The notes under the pieces are model-generated. The model worked only from the letters and a program-made list of their open reading frames with translations, had not been told where the DNA came from and ran no database searches. Below are positions 19,451 through 28,459 of a stretch of 64,000 bases of DNA, piece by piece (the first letter of the stretch is position 1; each line of letters begins with the position of its first letter). This stretch comes from a virus. A program made the translations under genes and the position numbers. Where the stretch lies: IMG/VR virus record IMGVR_UViG_3300043411_000704, positions 16,257 to 80,256 of that record; one strand, written 5' to 3'.

Positions 19451-19488
19451 TAAAAAAACCGATTTCAACTAATTAGTTGAAATCGGTT
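19451..19488 (-). terminator. Rho-independent terminator (perfect 32-bp palindrome)
   Basis: aaccgatttcaactaattagttgaaatcggtt at 19457-19488 ends in a T-run on the minus strand. Confidence 0.85.
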
Positions 19489-19493
19489 CAAGT

Positions 19494-19702
19494 TTCCTAT
19501 TCAAAGAGTTATGTAGACAAAATCTAAAACAAAATCAAAGACGCCATTTTTCTCAAAGACCTAATCAAAATCAAAGACTGGTAATCAATAAATTCCGAAA
19601 AATGGCCGATAGTTGTTAGTGGATTACCACCATTTTATTTCATTCCAAGAAAGCGCTCTATCCAGAGCAAGGTTTTGTATTTTTATGTTCTTTGAATAGG
19701 AA
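19494..19702 (-). ncRNA. Candidate structured non-coding RNA (closed by a 14-bp stem, with a pseudoknot)
   Basis: Perfect complements 19494-19507/19689-19702, 19543-19552/19597-19606 and 19579-19586/19622-19629 (the last two interleaved); hairpin 19655-19668; no ORF in the track. Confidence 0.7.
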
Positions 19703-19752
19703 TAAAGAAAAACTGGTTAGCCAAATTAACCAACCGAATTTTTCACCTTAAA

Positions 19753-20709
19753 TTATTTACCTAGATTATCAATTTCCTGATAAATGTCTGCCAGTGCATT
19801 AGGAATCACAATTTTATATGCCGAGACTTCTCTAATCTTCTCCAGACGACGAGTTTGAAGAACTGAATTCAGGGATTCTAATTCATTCTGATATTTCTGG
19901 AATCGCATATTATATTCTCGCGAAATAGTATCAAACTCATTACTAGCTTTAACGGATGCTAGGGTAAATTCCCTTTGTAGTTCTGCATTCTTTTCAGTTA
20001 CCCGATTCTGAATACGTGCCTTATATGAATTCAACTTAGATTCATATTCCCGATGTTTGGCTTGAAGATCAAAATATTCCTTATTAATTCGATCTTGGTC
20101 GAAATTAGACTTTGCAAACATCGGAATCTCTGTTTGCTGTCCATTTTGAAGAATCTTATGGAATCCCACGACTGGCCCACCAGCAAGATCATTCTTGATG
20201 TTAGACATCACACCACCCGTATGGATATACTTCCCTATATGGGAAGCCTGTGCCTCTAGCGCATAATATTCGGCTCTTTCTGCAATGGAAAGTTCACCAA
20301 CCGCATCGGTTTCAGTCCATGCCTTGACACCAAGAGGTTTATTAAACACTGGTGCGGTCTCTGTGAATTCTGGAATCTTTTCCTCATCAGTAAGAAATTC
20401 AGATGCATCGCATGTTCGATAAAACTCTAGTAATGTTGTCTTTGCCTTAATTGCTTCTTTAAGCCATGCAGACAGTGCAAAATATCGTCCTTCCTTTGTC
20501 CAATCATCAACCTCAACTTGAGTCGAGGTCGTAACCCAATGGGGCTTGCCATCAAGGACCACATTATAGTTAAATGCTCTTGCACCAGAAAGGCGTTTAC
20601 TAATGATCGTGTTTTGTTCCTTCAACAAATTACTAATATGATTAGCATGTGAAGATGAAATTCCTTCTTTTGCGAAGAAAACTAGATTGTGTTTTTGGTT
20701 TGTTTTCAT
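19753..20709 (-). CDS. Coiled-coil hypothetical protein co-transcribed with the ncRNA candidate
   Basis: 318 aa, largely helical (GISSSHANHISNLLKE...LSAWLKEAIKAK...YKIVIPNAL); has its own sigma70 promoter. Confidence 0.85.
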   Translation of the reverse strand: MKTNQKHNLVFFAKEGISSSHANHISNLLKEQNTIISKRLSGARAFNYNVVLDGKPHWVTTSTQVEVDDWTKEGRYFALSAWLKEAIKAKTTLLEFYRTCDASEFLTDEEKIPEFTETAPVFNKPLGVKAWTETDAVGELSIAERAEYYALEAQASHIGKYIHTGGVMSNIKNDLAGGPVVGFHKILQNGQQTEIPMFAKSNFDQDRINKEYFDLQAKHREYESKLNSYKARIQNRVTEKNAELQREFTLASVKASNEFDTISREYNMRFQKYQNELESLNSVLQTRRLEKIREVSAYKIVIPNALADIYQEIDNLGK

Positions 20710-20718
20710 AAGTTATTG

Positions 20719-20747
20719 ATTATAGTCTATGTGTTTTAGTGTGTCAA
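20719..20747 (-). promoter_or_regulatory. Consensus sigma70-type (early) promoter
   Basis: TTGACA-N17-TATAAT, 9 nt before the ATG at 20709. Confidence 0.9.
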
Positions 20748-20754
20748 GTTAAAT

Positions 20755-20961
20755 TTAGATGAATATTGATCCTTCTTGTCCTGGTTCATTACTATTGGTG
20801 CAATTCAACGTGTGGTCCGATGCTTTTGGGCATCTTTTATTTCCGCATAAAGGACATATAACCATCCACCAAACATACTGGTCCCGTTCACCCACATTAG
20901 GATAATTTAATGCATTACACCTGTGGCAATCACACCAATGATATTTTTGTTCGGTCTTCAT
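20755..20961 (-). CDS. Small Cys-rich (zinc-finger) protein
   Basis: CDCHRC and CPLCGNKRCPKASDH motifs. Confidence 0.75.
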   Translation of the reverse strand: MKTEQKYHWCDCHRCNALNYPNVGERDQYVWWMVICPLCGNKRCPKASDHTLNCTNSNEPGQEGSIFI

Positions 20962-20962
20962 T

Positions 20963-22297
20963 TCACATTATATATAGCATTTCTCGTGGTCTTGTGCAAG
21001 AGGTATAAAAAATACGTTTTTGTTCATCAATATTCTGATTTAATCTGATGTCTGTATAGACAACAAAACAATTGGTGTAGGTGCTCCCTTGGGCTCGATG
21101 CCCAGTGATTGAATAATTGAATCCCACGTCTGAGAAATTATCTTGGAAGCCGAAATATTTACCCCATTTTTGACCTCTACGAACCGCTTCTTTTTCACTT
21201 TTTGCATCGTCCGCCAGTTTTTTCAATACCTGTTGGTATATTTTTTGAGACTTTTCATGTAAAATATGAATATTATGTGCCTCTTCTTCGGATTCAACTG
21301 CTGCATCATAATAATGAAACTGATGCCCGTATAATTCTTTCTGGCTAACGGTTAATCCTAATACTTCAAGGTCTTCATTTGTATTATATAATATTTCATC
21401 TGGTGAATCTCCTTTGATCGGTCGATTCACCACCAGTTTTTCACCGATCACAATTTTGGGTGCATTCATACCGTATTTCATACCCCGTATAAGTTGGTTA
21501 AAATTATCAACCACCACATTTCTCCAACTAATGACCTTACAATGATCTGCATTGTTATCAAATTCGGTTGAACAGAAATAATGTTTTAACAACGTGTTAA
21601 TAACCTCTGGTTGATTTTTATTCAAAATCGCAACACCTTGGTGATCAATCACATTTTTTTGTCCAATATTAAACTGAAATTCATTTTTTAAAATTTGTTG
21701 AGAAGTCTCAATAATAGGATTACCCTTTGCCTGTCTAACAATTTCAGTCAATTCATATTGTTTAATCCCATATTTTTCTCTCTGATCCTCCAACATAGGA
21801 ATCGAATGTTCGTGATTAACCGGATTAATCTGATTTTTATCACCAATGAATATAATTTTCACACCCCGATAATTCTGATCTTCCATCTCATGGAACAATT
21901 CGTCTGCCAACATAGAAGACTCGTCTACAAAGATAATATCATATAGTGCAAATTTTGATGGACTACTTTTATCTCTTTCATACACTTCTTTACCGTTGTT
22001 AGTGATCTTATGTTTTAGACCTAGTAATGAATGAACTGTTGTGAACTTGACCCGTGCCTGATCTTCTGGAGAAAACATCTGTTTAATCACACGCAGGGCT
22101 TTATTTGTGGGGGAAATCACTGCAATATTATTATGAGCCGCCTCATTGATAATTTTACTAACTAATTGAGTAGTTAGTAACGATTTACCGCTACCAGCAG
22201 GTCCATTTAATAGTGCCTTATGGTAGTCTTGATCACCCTGGACAAATTTCCAAAGGTTATCAAATATCGGTTGTTGATGTTCTGTTAGTTTTATCAT
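20963..22297 (-). CDS. dda: SF1B DNA helicase, Dda-like
   Basis: LTEHQ, GPAGSGKS, SPTNKA, TVHSLL, VDESSM, GDKNQI, IVRQ, TGHRAQGST and YTSCTR motifs. Confidence 0.9.
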   Translation of the reverse strand: MIKLTEHQQPIFDNLWKFVQGDQDYHKALLNGPAGSGKSLLTTQLVSKIINEAAHNNIAVISPTNKALRVIKQMFSPEDQARVKFTTVHSLLGLKHKITNNGKEVYERDKSSPSKFALYDIIFVDESSMLADELFHEMEDQNYRGVKIIFIGDKNQINPVNHEHSIPMLEDQREKYGIKQYELTEIVRQAKGNPIIETSQQILKNEFQFNIGQKNVIDHQGVAILNKNQPEVINTLLKHYFCSTEFDNNADHCKVISWRNVVVDNFNQLIRGMKYGMNAPKIVIGEKLVVNRPIKGDSPDEILYNTNEDLEVLGLTVSQKELYGHQFHYYDAAVESEEEAHNIHILHEKSQKIYQQVLKKLADDAKSEKEAVRRGQKWGKYFGFQDNFSDVGFNYSITGHRAQGSTYTNCFVVYTDIRLNQNIDEQKRIFYTSCTRPREMLYIM

Positions 22298-22302
22298 GTC
22301 GT

Positions 22303-22599
22303 TCACCAAGAAATTGTGGTGTAAGTTAATCCGTTGATAGTATGTGTTGTTATATAACAAACTATTCTCAATTTAATATATTTTTTAATATAATTAAATT
22401 CATCTATTGAGAAATCACACTCGACCGCTTTCAGCTTTTCAAGATACCATCTACCATCGGATAGGGCATCATATTCCATACTATTAGTAATCAGTTGAAT
22501 ACTGCATTCATTATTAATTGAAATTCTCTTTATCATTCGGATAATAGTGTTTGCATAATCTTGCAATTCTATTATTTGATCAGCCTTTAAACGTTTCAT
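22303..22599 (-). CDS. Hypothetical protein
   Basis: ORF in the operon. Confidence 0.6.
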   Translation of the reverse strand: MKRLKADQIIELQDYANTIIRMIKRISINNECSIQLITNSMEYDALSDGRWYLEKLKAVECDFSIDEFNYIKKYIKLRIVCYITTHTINGLTYTTISW

Positions 22600-22627
22600 A
22601 TAAATTTTGAAATTAATAGTAATCTAA

Positions 22628-23242
22628 CTATGATATGCACCCATTCATATGTTTAGCTAACCATGTCATTGATGGTTCGTCAAGAAGATCTGCCGCCACT
22701 GATTCGGCTGATAAATCATCAACCACATCTAAATCCATTTTATTCTTGATCTTCGGTATATAATACTCCACCCTCTCACGACCATCAATGGCGGTCGTCT
22801 TTTTAGCTGCTTCAACGACATCATCAAAATATTGAACAGGTTGTCTGTGCCAGAAAAATTGACGAATTGGTTTATCCAAAACCATCACACAAATAGGAAG
22901 CCAGAACGGAACGACAATTCTATAGTGACGTTTAACACCTTCTAAACAATGAGCAGTCTCATTATTAATCCTCATATTATAATAAGTGTTCTTTCTATTG
23001 TTTAGAAACCTAGTTATTCTGTTCACAAAGTCTTCTGCTTTACTCTGATCATCAGTGAATAAATCTAAATCACCTGGAATTTTGATCGCTTTCTTTCTAG
23101 TGATTGCCATTGCAATACTTCCACCAAGTGCAACACCAGACTGTTGTGCAATTTTTAAAACCAAAGAATTCTTTATAATCCATTCATTTCCTACAGACCC
23201 ATAAATTTCTTGTAATGCTGTTATTTTTTTAGGTATAGTCAT
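22628..23242 (-). CDS. Putative nucleotidyltransferase (Pol-beta superfamily)
   Basis: LGGSIAM...PGDLDLF matches the hG[GS]...DxD signature. Confidence 0.6.
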   Translation of the reverse strand: MTIPKKITALQEIYGSVGNEWIIKNSLVLKIAQQSGVALGGSIAMAITRKKAIKIPGDLDLFTDDQSKAEDFVNRITRFLNNRKNTYYNMRINNETAHCLEGVKRHYRIVVPFWLPICVMVLDKPIRQFFWHRQPVQYFDDVVEAAKKTTAIDGRERVEYYIPKIKNKMDLDVVDDLSAESVAADLLDEPSMTWLAKHMNGCIS

Positions 23243-23245
23243 ATT

Positions 23246-23626
23246 TTAATGGTAATGTGATAGGATAAATAATTTATTGTGCCAAACTTTTTCATCTGAC
23301 TTGATGAATCTGAGCAAACCCTTTTCGTTCAACCATTTACAAGTGTTTTCCATATATTGATCATCAATTTTATGCGGTGATAATTCTGTAAAGTCTAACA
23401 TTTCGTCACCCCATTCAGACCCAACTGCAATACAATATCCGGCAATACAATAATCATTATTCATTCCATCATATAAAATGCCCATCGTATTTTTTGCACC
23501 TTTTCCACACCATGGGAATTTTAGAGGCTCGATAAGATTATTATAAATCTCGTCATCACAAGTTTCAATTTTATCCAAATCTAATTGGACACCGTAAATT
23601 ATATATGTTTCTGCTAGTGTGCCCAT
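23246..23626 (-). CDS. Hypothetical protein
   Basis: YIIYGV and DGMNNDYCIAG; typical small phage ORF. Confidence 0.75.
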   Translation of the reverse strand: MGTLAETYIIYGVQLDLDKIETCDDEIYNNLIEPLKFPWCGKGAKNTMGILYDGMNNDYCIAGYCIAVGSEWGDEMLDFTELSPHKIDDQYMENTCKWLNEKGLLRFIKSDEKVWHNKLFILSHYH

Positions 23627-23628
23627 AT

Positions 23629-24081
23629 TTATTCACTTTTAATTCTTTTTGTATCGTCCAAAAATTCGGTTAAAAATTTCTTATTTCGTTCTAATTCTCG
23701 TAATTGTGCAGCTTCTTGATAGGGAATATAAAATGCATTATAAAGTCTTTCCATATCCTTTTCTGAAAAAAAGGTATACCCATATTGAAACATATAAACT
23801 TCGTTATAAGAAATTTTCTGCAACGAATATGACAAACATTTATGTTCATATAAACTAAAGACAGATGAATTAACAACCCATTCAGATGGAGGAAATTTTT
23901 TTAGATCCTCGATAACAGTATCAACTATTTGTTTAGATAATTTATCTTTCTCTGATAATTCGGGTATATTAATTTTTACTTCTGGTATATCGTTAGAATA
24001 ATCAGATTCAGTTTGTGAACAACATTGTGGATTTCCAATTATCGAATCCCATACTAGTTTCAATTTTTGTTTTATACTCAT
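23629..24081 (-). CDS. Hypothetical protein
   Basis: ORF in the operon. Confidence 0.7.
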   Translation of the reverse strand: MSIKQKLKLVWDSIIGNPQCCSQTESDYSNDIPEVKINIPELSEKDKLSKQIVDTVIEDLKKFPPSEWVVNSSVFSLYEHKCLSYSLQKISYNEVYMFQYGYTFFSEKDMERLYNAFYIPYQEAAQLRELERNKKFLTEFLDDTKRIKSE

Positions 24082-24085
24082 ATAA

Positions 24086-24712
24086 TTATGATTTGATCAT
24101 GATTTTTTGACCACGAATGGGTTGGTTTTCCTCATATAGTTTCTTAAACTTATCTTTTCCGATTCGATAAAATTTCATTGCTTCTTTTTTAGAATTGAAT
24201 TCCTTACAAATTCCTTTGGTATAAATCGAATATGTGCTAGATGGTAGAAGTTTGCCACTATCTAGATAGTGTCTGACGACATGGGACGGAACACTTAAAT
24301 CAACCAATAAGTGCTGTCTCTTCCTATAAAATTTCTCTTCCCCTTTCTCTGAAACAACAACAAATTCTTTATCAGAAGATATAGAATTATATTGCACAGT
24401 TAGCAATGTTTCGGATGAAACATATTGATAATAATGTTTATACCATCGTCTACCATCGTGCATACTATTATATAGTGCTCCGTTATAACTCACATATTTT
24501 TGTATAATGGTTTTTTTATTAGAAAACCCTTTTTTGATAAAAAAATCTCGCACTGCTTGATTTCTATTTTTATAAACGGCAATTACATTGCCGTTATCGT
24601 CTAATTTAGCAACATGATACTGGTCCAAACAACCAGATTTTTCGGCCTCATGGTTAGCTTTAATCACTTTGTTTTTTATTTCGTTCATATAATTATGTTG
24701 GAATTCCTCCAA
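24086..24712 (-). CDS. Basic hypothetical protein, possible NUMOD1-like DNA-binding repeats
   Basis: LDDNGNVIAVYKNRNQAVR and KEFNSKKEAMKF resemble NUMOD1; start uncertain. Confidence 0.55.
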   Translation of the reverse strand: MEEFQHNYMNEIKNKVIKANHEAEKSGCLDQYHVAKLDDNGNVIAVYKNRNQAVRDFFIKKGFSNKKTIIQKYVSYNGALYNSMHDGRRWYKHYYQYVSSETLLTVQYNSISSDKEFVVVSEKGEEKFYRKRQHLLVDLSVPSHVVRHYLDSGKLLPSSTYSIYTKGICKEFNSKKEAMKFYRIGKDKFKKLYEENQPIRGQKIMIKS

Positions 24713-24753
24713 TTTTATTCTTTTAGTTAAATCTTTTTCTGGAATTCATATAT

Positions 24754-25185
24754 TTAACATAAATCAATGGGTATTTCACCGGTTTTAGTTGATTTTGATG
24801 CTAATTTATCACAATAATTATTCCAATGGTTGAGTGGATCATGACCCTTCAACCAGCACAGTCTAATATTTTCATTAATCATCGGACATAATTCATCCCA
24901 CATATCTATGTTCGCTCTTTTCTTCCAGCCTTCCATAATAGTATTCACCACATATTTTGAATCACTGTAAATTGTTGTATCCCAATCATGTTCAATCTTT
25001 TTGATTGCCTCCATAACTGCCTTGATCTCCATTCGATTGTTAGTCGTATTCTTCATCCTACCATATCCATCAACTATCAGTTGATCATTATCATCAACAA
25101 TAGCATATGCATACCCACCTATATTATGGGCTCCTCTGGTGTTGAAATCACATGCACCATCTGTATAAATTTTTACTTTCTTCAT
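24754..25185 (-). CDS. rnhA: Ribonuclease HI
   Basis: IYTDGAC, TTNNRMEI, IYSDSKY, WLKGH and NNYCDKLA motifs. Confidence 0.95.
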   Translation of the reverse strand: MKKVKIYTDGACDFNTRGAHNIGGYAYAIVDDNDQLIVDGYGRMKNTTNNRMEIKAVMEAIKKIEHDWDTTIYSDSKYVVNTIMEGWKKRANIDMWDELCPMINENIRLCWLKGHDPLNHWNNYCDKLASKSTKTGEIPIDLC

Positions 25186-25295
25186 TATCTAAATTTAACC
25201 CAATCTAAACAACAAATCAAGCAAAATCTTCAAATTCAGCATCAAAAACACGCTTTTTCAGCTTAATATTTAGTAAAAGATTGTAAATATATAAT

Positions 25296-25500
25296 TGTTA
25301 TCAGGTGGTTATGAGGAAGAGAGAATAGGAATTCCCTTCCTGGCGAAACTCTTTGAGTTTTTATAGACAAGAAGTTATCCTACTCTCTTCCAAATGTAAC
25401 CTGATAAATCAGTATGGCCCCATCGGAATCCAGTCTAAGTTTTGATGGGTAAATTTGGAAATCCCCTTGACCAGTCGAGCGGTTGATCCCCTTCCGTATC
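25296..25500 (+). ncRNA. Candidate late-expressed structured ncRNA
   Basis: TAAATA at 25284-25289; nested stems 25298-25306/25399-25407, 25315-25323/25383-25391 and 25326-25330/25378-25382; hairpin 25419-25449 with G-U pairs on the plus strand. Confidence 0.55.
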
Positions 25501-25630
25501 AACACTAAATTTATATGTAAACTAATGGTGATCCATTTTATTGGACGAAGTATTAGTTAAGTTCTATTTAAACAGATTCGAAATACGATTGCAAGTTTTT
25601 TCTTCATCCATTGTAAACTTTTTTTCTCTG

Positions 25631-25638
25631 TATAAATA
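25631..25638 (+). promoter_or_regulatory. T4-type late promoter TATAAATA
   Basis: Exact T4 late consensus 7 nt before the ATG at 25646. Confidence 0.85.
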
Positions 25639-25645
25639 AATTTCG

Positions 25646-26092
25646 ATGACACCAAAATTTGACGAATTATATACCCAATTAATGGAAGACCTTTCACAAC
25701 AAGGAAAAGGATTGTTGGCCAATCAGGGAGGTGGAGGATCACCAGCCAATAATTCGTCAAAGCCTATTACAGCGCCTTCTACTAGTTCCGCACCAGCAGT
25801 CAAGCCTGCAACCAATCTATCAGGTCAAAAGCCTTTAAACAGCACACAGCAAGATTTTGGGGTATTGTTACAAGATCCGAACGATAATACAGCAGCAGAT
25901 GCGGTATTGAATCATTTGACTACTAATAATATTGATTTTAACGATCCTAAATTTGCAGAAACACCTGAAGGACAGGCAATAGGACAAAGAATTCAAAAAA
26001 ATCCTAAATTTGCAGATGCACTAGATCAGGCACAACAGCGATTGATTGCCGGTGCATCAGATGCAACTAAACAAGCATTTGCAACACAATAA
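25646..26092 (+). CDS. Putative virion internal protein (KFDxL signal)
   Basis: Begins MTPKFDELYTQLMED; low-complexity Ala/Gln/Ser; late promoter. Confidence 0.75.
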   Translation: MTPKFDELYTQLMEDLSQQGKGLLANQGGGGSPANNSSKPITAPSTSSAPAVKPATNLSGQKPLNSTQQDFGVLLQDPNDNTAADAVLNHLTTNNIDFNDPKFAETPEGQAIGQRIQKNPKFADALDQAQQRLIAGASDATKQAFATQ

Positions 26093-26132
26093 TATCATAC
26101 ATAATCCACTATCATTTTGTTAAATAATGTGA

Positions 26133-26807
26133 ATGACCAAGAATTTTGACGTATTATATAATAGAATAATTGCAGAAGCAGCAGATGATTCTGAATTACC
26201 GGATTTTGGTCAGCAACAAGATCAAGGTGGTGATACCCAAATGGATCAAGGATTGGCCGATCTTTCGCCTGATGAATTAGGTATGGACGAATCCAAACCA
26301 GTTCCACCCGAAGAACTAGAATTGGCACATTTGGCAATCAGGGCAGTAAATTTTGACATTAAATCTAAAGATGTTCATCAATATGGATTTCAGGATAATA
26401 CGGGCAATAGAATATCATTTGAACAGATTCCTTCATATTTCGAAGAAACCAAAGACTGGAGACGTGTATTAAAGTTTATTGAATGGTTGATCAATAAATT
26501 TGAAGGTGTTAATTCTCAATGGGCAGAAGAACAGGAATTAAAAGGGAAGAATATTTTACAAAAAATAAGTATTATTAATCGAAAGAATAAGGCAAATCCT
26601 GAACTACAGTTGGATAATTCTAAACGGCTGGTTTGGACTCGTATTATTTTGAATGCACTCATTAATTCAGATTCTTCTATGAACATTATTGGTTCGGATA
26701 TTGATGAAAAGAGTTTACCTGATATATTCAATCAACTTAAACAGAATTTTATGCACAGTTCAACCGGATTATTCGCCAATAAACCAGTTCACCCAATCAA
26801 CAATTAA
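26133..26807 (+). CDS. Putative virion internal/prohead protein (KFDxL-like signal)
   Basis: Begins MTKNFDVLYNRIIAEA; TAAATA at 26121-26126. Confidence 0.75.
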   Translation: MTKNFDVLYNRIIAEAADDSELPDFGQQQDQGGDTQMDQGLADLSPDELGMDESKPVPPEELELAHLAIRAVNFDIKSKDVHQYGFQDNTGNRISFEQIPSYFEETKDWRRVLKFIEWLINKFEGVNSQWAEEQELKGKNILQKISIINRKNKANPELQLDNSKRLVWTRIILNALINSDSSMNIIGSDIDEKSLPDIFNQLKQNFMHSSTGLFANKPVHPINN

Positions 26808-26816
26808 AAAAAGTTC

Positions 26817-26845
26817 TTGACATACACGTCAATCACATTTAAACT
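26817..26845 (+). promoter_or_regulatory. Sigma70-type promoter
   Basis: TTGACA-N17-TAAACT upstream of 26855. Confidence 0.75.
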
Positions 26846-26854
26846 AATCTTGAT

Positions 26855-27142
26855 ATGAAGAAACAAACGTATACAATGATACAAGCGGATATTGATGGTG
26901 CAACAAAAGACTCTTTCGAGAATAATCCGATCACTAGAGCGATTAAAAGAAAAATTCATAGAAGTGCCAATTCATCCGCATATTTTAGAGATGTATATTA
27001 CCAAACATCGGCTGGATACACCCGAAGTTTCTGGCTTCCAGAAAAAGCAATAGACCTGATTAACAAATTTGATGCGGGCAAAAAGGTTAAACCAATTACA
27101 TTCACTATTGAAGAAAAGGCTGGCGATTCTATTTTGCGCTGA
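26855..27142 (+). CDS. Hypothetical protein
   Basis: ORF directly behind the promoter. Confidence 0.7.
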   Translation: MKKQTYTMIQADIDGATKDSFENNPITRAIKRKIHRSANSSAYFRDVYYQTSAGYTRSFWLPEKAIDLINKFDAGKKVKPITFTIEEKAGDSILR

Positions 27143-27157
27143 TTGTAAATAACCTAC

Positions 27158-28459
27158 ATGTCCAACAATTCATTTGAAATGGGTAAAAAGTATACATATA
27201 ATGCTTCATCTGGAAAAATAACATTTCTATCTGAAGAAAAGTTTGGAAAAAATTTGGTTTATGATCGAAGCACAGTTAAAAAAATACTAGAATTGTATTC
27301 TGATTTTGATGGTGTTCCGCACACCGTAACCGAAATAAGTCAAAAAACAGGGGTTCCAAAAGATAGGGTGTTGTTTGTTGTTAAAGCATTAGGAAAAACT
27401 CACAGTTGTTTACCTGTGATTCCAGAAGAACTTGATGTTCATCCGGTTGAACAAATTGTAGATGATTTAGTTGAATCTAAAGAACATGTGGTAAAAGCAA
27501 AATTTGAAAAAGTATGCTTACAAAAAACAAAAGAAGATGCAGCAAATTGGTTGGAATTAAAATCGGGCAAACTTTCGCTGGTTAAGGACTATCTGAAAAA
27601 TTTGAAAATCAGTTCTCCCGTTATATACAAACCGATTTTCACACCAGTAAAATCAGGTGATGTATACCTTGCATCAGTATCAGATATCCATTTTGGTATT
27701 CAGCATTATGCCGAGAATGCATTTAACGGCAAACCATATGAATTTGAAGATATTAAGGAAATAATTGAAAACTATATTCATGATATTATTCGAGATGTGA
27801 ATAATCGTAAAACAGGGTTTGAAAAATGTGTGTTAGTCAATGCAGGTGATACCCTACATTCACTTTCAGGATTTACTTCAAAAGGGACTAAATTACAGGA
27901 TGGAGTATGGGGACATAAACAGTTTGTGCTTGCATTCGAAACGCTTACATTTTTAATCCAAAGTCTGAACAATATATTTGGAACAGTAGAAGTTAAATCG
28001 GTCGGGGGGAACCATGCATTTATAGAAGATTACATTCTCTTTTATTCACTAGAGAAATACTTTGACAAGAACAACAAAATACTGTTTGATATATCAACCG
28101 CTCGATGGATGGATTTTGTGATTAAAAACACGCTATTTGTGGTAGATCATGGTAGTAGTGCAACCATTAAATCAGTTCTTCCCGAAGGCAGTAAACAACG
28201 TGAAGCATTTATTCAAAATATTTTTATGAACGTCAACACATCTAAGTATGATACGATTGATCATCGGGTGTATATCTGTGGGGACAAACATAATATTCAG
28301 TATGGTGAATATGCAAACTTTGAATTCGTGCGGTTTAGCACACCAGTAAAAGGTGAAAGCTATTCAGATCAATTAGGTCTTAAAAATAGACCGAGGTTTA
28401 ATGCATTGGTAATCAATGATGATGGTATAAAAGAAATTCTAAATTATTACGTGAAGTGA
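27158..28459 (+). CDS. Calcineurin-like metallophosphoesterase with N-terminal HTH-like region
   Basis: SDIHFG, AGDTLH, GGNH, DHG and GDKH motifs. Confidence 0.8.
   Translation: MSNNSFEMGKKYTYNASSGKITFLSEEKFGKNLVYDRSTVKKILELYSDFDGVPHTVTEISQKTGVPKDRVLFVVKALGKTHSCLPVIPEELDVHPVEQIVDDLVESKEHVVKAKFEKVCLQKTKEDAANWLELKSGKLSLVKDYLKNLKISSPVIYKPIFTPVKSGDVYLASVSDIHFGIQHYAENAFNGKPYEFEDIKEIIENYIHDIIRDVNNRKTGFEKCVLVNAGDTLHSLSGFTSKGTKLQDGVWGHKQFVLAFETLTFLIQSLNNIFGTVEVKSVGGNHAFIEDYILFYSLEKYFDKNNKILFDISTARWMDFVIKNTLFVVDHGSSATIKSVLPEGSKQREAFIQNIFMNVNTSKYDTIDHRVYICGDKHNIQYGEYANFEFVRFSTPVKGESYSDQLGLKNRPRFNALVINDDGIKEILNYYVK

Noticed and set aside
19518-19578. CRISPR mini-array from the caaaatcaaagac repeats
   Set aside because: The repeats are only 13 nt with two exact copies, and there are no cas genes.
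19494-19702. Retron msr-msd (long terminal inverted repeat like a1/a2)
   Set aside because: No reverse transcriptase (YADD-type motif) is adjacent or anywhere in the window. Kept as an unclassified ncRNA.
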